A stretch of 42,076 nt of DNA from the NCBI GenBank assembly GCA_037140315.1, contig JBAXES010000001.1, forward strand, positions 1 to 42,076, written 5' to 3'. This DNA is from Chloroflexales bacterium (lineage in GTDB: Bacteria; Chloroflexota; Chloroflexia; Chloroflexales; Chloroflexaceae). Positions 36,462 through 42,076 of this stretch are shown one piece after another. The position numbers and the translations under genes were made by a program. The notes below the pieces were generated by a model that was not told the DNA's origin, ran no database searches, and saw only the letters and a list, made by a program, of their open reading frames with translations. Within the stretch, counting starts at the first letter, position 1; each line of letters opens with the position of its first letter.

Positions 36462-37130
36462 CTCTTCGCAATGCAGATGCACCTCGCCGAGCGGGGCGGT
36501 TAGTGGCAGCGTGAACCGGGCGATGCCACGTGAGTCAGTGGTGGCGGTCAGGGTCTGGTCGTCCAGATCCAGCCGGATCTGCCACGTTGTCTTCTGGCTC
36601 AGCTCGCGCACCGCGACCTGGAGCCACACACCCTCCGGACCACGCCCCGCCGTGAGCGCCAGCAGCGGCGCGCCCGCGACCTCGGGCAGCGTGTCTGAGT
36701 AGAGCGTCCGCTGCGCGCCACCTAGCGTTGCGAGCGTGGGGGTGAGGCGCGGGAGGTCGAACGTTAGCGTAAACCGTCGCACGATCCCGTGCAGCACCTG
36801 GAGCAGCACGTGGTCGCCCTTGGGGATTGGAGGCGAGAAGAATAGTGGGGGGGCTGGTGCGACAGCAGGCAGCACCTCCAACACACCTACCACCGCCTCC
36901 AGATCTTCGGCGAGCTGTGCGTAGAGGTTGAGACATACCTCACAGTGATCCAAGTGTTGTGTGAGCGCGGTGTACGCGGGATTGCCTGCGACATCCTCGC
37001 CCGCGCGCTCGGCATCCAGCAGCGCCGGAATCAGGGGCTCGGCTTCATTGCAGCGAATACTATCGTGCGCGCTCAGTGCATCGGCAAGCCGTGCGGCTGC
37101 CTCCGTTGTTGTTACACGTTTCTTATCCAT
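36435..37130 (-). CDS. Soluble zinc-finger putative anti-sigma factor
   Basis: CNEAEPLIPALLD...QHLDHCEVC; C-terminal TDSRGIARF beta domain; overlaps the sigma stop codon; paralog of 4004..4765. Confidence 0.75.
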   Translation of the reverse strand: MDKKRVTTTEAAARLADALSAHDSIRCNEAEPLIPALLDAERAGEDVAGNPAYTALTQHLDHCEVCLNLYAQLAEDLEAVVGVLEVLPAVAPAPPLFFSPPIPKGDHVLLQVLHGIVRRFTLTFDLPRLTPTLATLGGAQRTLYSDTLPEVAGAPLLALTAGRGPEGVWLQVAVRELSQKTTWQIRLDLDDQTLTATTDSRGIARFTLPLTAPLGEVHLHCEELPAGTQDE

Positions 37131-37893
37131 CGCCAGCCTCTCCCGCCGCACGCAGCGCCTGGGGTTTCATCGCAAAGGTGCCGATAAAGTTCATAAACCG
37201 ATCATTGCCACGCAGCCGCTGGAGCGCCCGCGATTTCGCCACCCGTGTGCGATACAGCGGCAGGCTGAGGTCGCGGGCAACATCACGCGGGTCATCGTCA
37301 AAGATGACGCAGCGAATCAGGGTGAGCCGCTCGAGGTCGTTCGAGATGGCATCACGCAGCACATCACGAAACTCCTGCTCTGCCAGCCGCGCCTCGACTT
37401 CCATCGTCAGATCGCTAGGGTCAGCAGGATCGTGAGTGAGCTCGCCTGCTTCAGTCGTCAGCGACAACTCGGGTCTTTTTGGCCGGAGGTCGCGCTGCGC
37501 TGTGCGAAAGACCATCATTGCCCAGGACAGAAAAGCAGCGGGTGAGCGCACGCTAACGAACTTATCCAGCACCCGAGCCACCGACTCCTGCGCCAGATCA
37601 CTCGCGGTCGCCTCATCCGCTCCGCCGCGCACCGCCAGGCGGAGAAACATGAGCCAGAGCTCATAGGCTGCGCGCTCATCGCGGGTGCACATGCCCTGGT
37701 AGAGCTGAGCGCTGTAGATCCGCTGGATGATTGCGCGCATGTGAATTGCTGGATCGCCTGCTTCGGCGACCTCACCGCACTCAGATAGCACCTGGTCGAG
37801 GAAGGCCTCCTCATCGGCGACGAGCTGCCATTGATTCCGTAGCGCCAGCTGTCGCCAGAGGGCGCGGGCCTGATCACGGCGTGTCGTCTCCAC
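37123..37893 (-). CDS. ECF-type RNA polymerase sigma factor with N-terminal extension
   Basis: ASDLAQESVARVLDKFVSVRSPAAFLSWAMMV; PRDVARDLSLPLYRTRVAKSRALQRLR. GTG start at 37893 after AAAGGGTGG preferred over 38070. Confidence 0.9.
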   Translation of the reverse strand: METTRRDQARALWRQLALRNQWQLVADEEAFLDQVLSECGEVAEAGDPAIHMRAIIQRIYSAQLYQGMCTRDERAAYELWLMFLRLAVRGGADEATASDLAQESVARVLDKFVSVRSPAAFLSWAMMVFRTAQRDLRPKRPELSLTTEAGELTHDPADPSDLTMEVEARLAEQEFRDVLRDAISNDLERLTLIRCVIFDDDPRDVARDLSLPLYRTRVAKSRALQRLRGNDRFMNFIGTFAMKPQALRAAGEAGDG

Positions 37894-38088
37894 GCTGCCA
37901 CCCTTTCGTACACGCGAACATCGTGGGGATGGTAGCACATTGAGTGATTGGACGTCAATCTGGCCAGTGGCGCAGTCGCGCAACCTTCCGCACCGCGAAA
38001 GATTTGTATGGGAATGCGCTATGATACGCAGGATACTAGATGATCCCCGCCAGCGCGTGCGGGCCGTCACTGAGATGAGTGCTGCCCT

Positions 38089-40998
38089 ATGGATGCCGAC
38101 ACCCTCCTACCTCCACGCTGCGCCCGAATCCTCGCCCTGAGCGACCGCCGCCCGCGCTGTGCCGTTGCCGTGGCCCGGCACGCGCTGGCCGCTACGGCCC
38201 CCGACCACCCCGACTACCCCTGGGCCCAGCTGACGCTCGGCTGGTGCCTCGTGCGCTGGGAAGACCTGCCCGCGCCGGTGCAGCTGCTCCAGCAGGCGGA
38301 GGCCGCGCTCGCGGCGCGCGGCGCGCGCTGGGGCGCGCTCACGGCGCGCACCGCGCTCCTGCTGGCCGAGCTGCTCCAGCGCGGCGGGGCTGAGCTGCTA
38401 GGTGCGTGGGATCATCTTGCGTCCGATTGGGAGTCCGCTGGCTGGCCCATCGAGGCCGCCCGCGTGCGCATCAGCCAGGTACGTCACCTCAACACGCTCG
38501 GTCGCCTGCCCGAGGCGCTGGCCCTCGTGGCGATGATCGCGCCGTTGATCACCCGGTCGGGAACCCCCGCCGATCACGCAACCCTGGCCCGCTTCACCGG
38601 AACGGCCCTACTCCATTCGGGCGACTTCCCTGCGGCCACAGCCCAGCTCATGCGGGCCGAAGTGGCCTTCCAGCAGCTGCGCCAGCCCGCCGAGCTGGCC
38701 AAGACCTGGTTTGAGCAGGCCAGCGTGGCGTTCCTCCAAGATGACTTTCCGGGTGCCCTGACCCGCTATACGCAGGTGCGGGCCAGCTTCACGCAGCTGG
38801 GCATACCGCTGCGCGCGGCCTTTTGCGACAAGGTCGTCGGCCTGATCTTCATCAAGCTGGGGCAGGCTGACCGGGCGATCACCACCCTGCTCGCGGCGCG
38901 GGAGACAATGACCGTACTTGGGCAGCCCTATCACGTGGCCGACTGCGATCTGAATCTTGGGAATGCCGCTTATCACAGCGGGTTGTATGATCTGGCGCTG
39001 GGTGCCTGGCGACAGACGGAAATCGTCTATACGCAGCTCGGAGCCCAGGGTATGGCCCTGATCAGCCGGCGCAACCAGGCCGAGGCCCACATCCGGCTCG
39101 GCCAGCTCGATACCGCTGAGAATCTGCTCATCGCCCTGGTTGCTGAGGCGCTCCAGCTTGCGGCCCACCGCGACCTGCCGGAGATCCTCCAGTGTCTTGG
39201 CGAGGTGCTCCACGCGCGAGGCGCGCCCACGCGCGCCCTGGGCTACCTTCAGGAAGCGGAGGCGTTGTTCGTCGCGCTGCCCAACCGCCCCGCCGCCGCG
39301 CGGGCGCGGCTGGCGCAGGGCTGGCTGCACCTGGACGGCGCTGATCTGCCTGCGGCGTTGGGCTGCTTCCAGCAGGCAGCGCACGATCTCGTGGGCAGCC
39401 CGCTCTACCACTGGCGCGCGATCTACGGTCAGGGCCGCTGCGCAGAACGCACGGGCACCCTAGCGGAAGCCCTGGCCGACTTCCAGCGCGCCAGCACCGG
39501 TGTCGCAAATCTTCGCCACGCCCTGGCCAATTCACACGCATCGAGCGCGCTGTTCCGTGAAGCCCAGCAGCTCTTCGCCGACGCCATTCGGCTGGCTGCG
39601 GCGTGCGGCGAAGCGCCGACCGTGCTTGATCTCTCCGAGCAACAGCGCGCCCTGGCCCTCCAGCAGGAGCTTCGCCGCGAGCCAATTATCCTGCCCCCGG
39701 CGCTGCGGGCCGACTATGAGGCCCGCAGGGCACATCTACGCAGCTTGGTGGCCGCAGAAGCCCATGGCCCTGCGCTTGATGCAGCGGTCACGCGCTATAT
39801 CGAGATCCTACTGCACGGGCGGCACTATGGCCCAACAATTACTAAGGTGCAAGACCAGGCGCTTGACCTGGAAGCCCTGAGGTCGGCGCTGGGAGCGCAC
39901 TATGGGGATGACTGGACCGCACTGATCTACGTCAGTTATGGCGACGACCTGCTCGCGCTCTACCTCGATGCAGCGCGGCTTGAGCTCACGCACATCCCGC
40001 TCGACCGCGACCTACGCCGCGTGCTTGACCGGGCCAGCCTGCGAAAATACCGGGCCTACATCTTTCAAGACATCCCCTTCCAGTCGGGCCGACATGCGAC
40101 GCCGTGGGCCGATCTCACCGCGCTCGGTGAGCGGCTGATCCCGTCAGAGGTGCGCGCGCGGCTTCACCCGGAGCATCGCCTGCTGATCGTCCCCGGTGGC
40201 CCGCTGCACAGCCTGCCCTGGGCTGCGCTGCGAGTGGATGATCACTGGCTGGTCGAGCGGGCGGTCATCCAGCTGCTGCCCAGCCTGCAGATCTGGCCGG
40301 AGCTGGCGCGGCGCGCGCCGGCGGGGAGCGACGCGCTGCTGATCGGGGTCAGTCAGTTCGAAGAGCGGGCGGCGGCGCTACCGAGCGCCATCCCCTCACT
40401 TGACCTCGTGCAGCGCCACTGGCCGGGGGCCGTGACCCGCATGGAGGAGCAGGAGGTGACGCGCGGGGGCCTGCGGGCAGTAGCGGAGGCGGGCGATCTC
40501 CAGCGCTACGGGCTGGTGCATCTGGCGACCCATGGGCAGTTGGTAGCGGGGCGCGGGTTGCTAGCGCACCTGAAGCTGGCCGACGAGGACCTACTCGTCG
40601 ATGAGGTGGCCGATCTGCGGCTGGGCGGCGCGCTGGTGGTACTCGCCGCCTGCGAGGGGGCGATGGGAGAGACCCTGCCGGGCGAGGAGCTACTCAGCCT
40701 AAACCGGGCGCTGCTCGTGGCGGGGGCGCGCGACGTGATCGCGAGCCTCTGGCAGCTCTACGACCTCATGGTGCTGCCGTTACTGGGGCCGCTGTACGCG
40801 GCACTGGCGGCAGGCATGGACGCACCGACAGCGCTGGCGCAAGCCCAACGCGCCTGCATCGCCATAGGGCTACAGGGAGAGGACTATCAGATTGCATCAC
40901 CGATCATATGGGCGAGTCTGTGTGTTCTCGGGGCAGGAGTCTGGTCGCTCGCGCCAGCGGGTGGTACCACGCCCACTGACCCGATTCGCCACCAGTGA
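38089..40998 (+). CDS. TPR-CHAT domain protease
   Basis: Many TPR-like repeats; LLIVPGGPLHSLPWAAL, LVHLATHG, VVLAACEG, VIASLWQLYD, ALAQAQ, WAS. Confidence 0.95.
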   Translation: MDADTLLPPRCARILALSDRRPRCAVAVARHALAATAPDHPDYPWAQLTLGWCLVRWEDLPAPVQLLQQAEAALAARGARWGALTARTALLLAELLQRGGAELLGAWDHLASDWESAGWPIEAARVRISQVRHLNTLGRLPEALALVAMIAPLITRSGTPADHATLARFTGTALLHSGDFPAATAQLMRAEVAFQQLRQPAELAKTWFEQASVAFLQDDFPGALTRYTQVRASFTQLGIPLRAAFCDKVVGLIFIKLGQADRAITTLLAARETMTVLGQPYHVADCDLNLGNAAYHSGLYDLALGAWRQTEIVYTQLGAQGMALISRRNQAEAHIRLGQLDTAENLLIALVAEALQLAAHRDLPEILQCLGEVLHARGAPTRALGYLQEAEALFVALPNRPAAARARLAQGWLHLDGADLPAALGCFQQAAHDLVGSPLYHWRAIYGQGRCAERTGTLAEALADFQRASTGVANLRHALANSHASSALFREAQQLFADAIRLAAACGEAPTVLDLSEQQRALALQQELRREPIILPPALRADYEARRAHLRSLVAAEAHGPALDAAVTRYIEILLHGRHYGPTITKVQDQALDLEALRSALGAHYGDDWTALIYVSYGDDLLALYLDAARLELTHIPLDRDLRRVLDRASLRKYRAYIFQDIPFQSGRHATPWADLTALGERLIPSEVRARLHPEHRLLIVPGGPLHSLPWAALRVDDHWLVERAVIQLLPSLQIWPELARRAPAGSDALLIGVSQFEERAAALPSAIPSLDLVQRHWPGAVTRMEEQEVTRGGLRAVAEAGDLQRYGLVHLATHGQLVAGRGLLAHLKLADEDLLVDEVADLRLGGALVVLAACEGAMGETLPGEELLSLNRALLVAGARDVIASLWQLYDLMVLPLLGPLYAALAAGMDAPTALAQAQRACIAIGLQGEDYQIASPIIWASLCVLGAGVWSLAPAGGTTPTDPIRHQ

Positions 40999-41684
40999 TT
41001 CCTTACGTCCCGCCGATTCCGCCACCGGGGTCGGCGACCTGCACCGGAGTCGGCCGTTGTGCCTGCTGCTGCGCCTGCTGAATCCCCAGAGCAAGCGTCA
41101 AGCCAAGGAGGGCCACTCCCAGGATGCGTCTCAGACTCTGCCGCACTTGCCATCACCTCCTCTCGTGTGGGCTGGCCGCGTAAGCGACCTCACACCAGAG
41201 GAGCGAGCAAGGTGAAAAACGTATCAGGTAGACTATAAGGAGCGGTCGTGCTGGTGTTCGACCGCTCTCTCATGCCTTTCGGCTATCAGCTACCACACAA
41301 AGAATGGACTGCGCGATGGTCTGAGCGGCGACCGACTAGGTCTGTACCAAGCGGCTCGTGTCGTTCCTATCTGCATAGCGGTGTAAAAACACGCCTTGCG
41401 CCCGTATGCGCGGGCGTGCTACACTTTCTCCACAGCACCCGGCACCGTCCCGCTATCGGCCCCTCCGCTCCCCGGCGCACTCCCGCCGCTTGTTCATGCG
41501 TGACGCCGCCGGCGAACGCGATGCCGCTGCCCCGAACGGTGCCGGCGGCACGACCTTCGGGTCGCGCCGATGTACCTTGGTAGCATACATAGGCTCTGGC
41601 TTCGCAACTCCGGCAACATAACATTGGCGATACTCACCGTCATCAGGGTGATCGGCCTGACCCATCCGACGTGCTTCCTCGCAA

Positions 41685-41912
41685 GGCATCCCTATCAGTG
41701 GGGATAGTGATTGTGACAAGGACGACTAGGCCTGGTGAATGTTGCTCTCACTGGCCCTGATGCATCACGGCCCGACAGATCTCCAGGCCTACATCATCGG
41801 CAAGGGGCTTGTCTTCCGGCCCCGGTAGGCGAAGGCCCAGACACGGGCGCTGGCAAGCGATCCCGAGGCGATCCCAGCGACGCTGTGTGAGCTGACATCC
41901 GAGCGGCACCGC
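41685..41912 (+). pseudogene. Decayed N-terminal part of an FtsK/SpoIIIE-like ATPase domain (absent from ORF track)
   Basis: One frame reads GIPISGDSDCDKDD*AW*MLLSLALMHHGPTDLQAYIIGKGLVFRPR*AKAQTRALASDPEAIPATLCELTSERHR: eroded Walker A, LLSLAL..P..LQ..I(D)GKG and E..R, with three stop codons. Confidence 0.6.
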
Positions 41913-42076
41913 CCTCACTGCGCTCGGCGCGATGATTCGGCCTGGAAGATGCGCCGGCGGTGCAGTTTCGCGGGCGCTATGTGACTACCCGACGGGCGGA
42001 GGTATAGCGTGCCATGACCGGGTTGCTCCGCGTGACCGAGGCCACCTTTGGGCGGCGGGTGCTCCGCGCGCCCCTC

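Noticed and set aside
37946-37960. Near-palindrome GATTGGACGTCAATC as an operator
   Set aside because: Single short instance with no second copy noticed; could be chance.
37894-38070. N-terminal extension of the right sigma ORF
   Set aside because: Would fill the divergent promoter region; similarity to the left sigma begins near GTG 37893.
41248-41583. ORF with a good RBS (AAGGAG)
   Set aside because: Product is low-complexity with no recognisable domain; may be a remnant but cannot be supported.

Overview
A GC-rich accessory region; protein style suggests a Chloroflexales-type bacterium (inference only). Its centre is a ~30 kb run of + strand genes (6518-36461), many translationally coupled. 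The first part is a membrane-linked FtsZ/tubulin-like (Tubulin_2/FtsZl1-type) locus: HTH regulator, membrane protein, secreted/TM VWA protein, a 1241-aa tubulin-like GTPase with an intact GGTGAG loop, a full-length paralog that has lost the GTP loop and is fused to an extracellular VWA domain via a TM helix, an atypical Ser/Thr kinase, an SH3-like membrane protein, helical/TPR-like scaffolds and a metallophosphoesterase. An AT-richer module follows (EACC1-like small protein, a MITE/REP insertion, a caspase-like C14 protease with apparent inactive caspase-fold copies, a surface protein), then membrane proteins and a membrane-anchored CHAT protease. Two paralogous ECF sigma / soluble Zn-finger anti-sigma pairs bracket the run, with a receptor Ser/Thr kinase outside on the left and a TPR-CHAT protease on the right. 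The window edges hold decayed genes: a YiiD-type thioesterase pseudogene and FtsK-like remnants at both ends. No rRNA, tRNA or CRISPR array was seen. All family calls come from reading motifs by eye, not from database searches.
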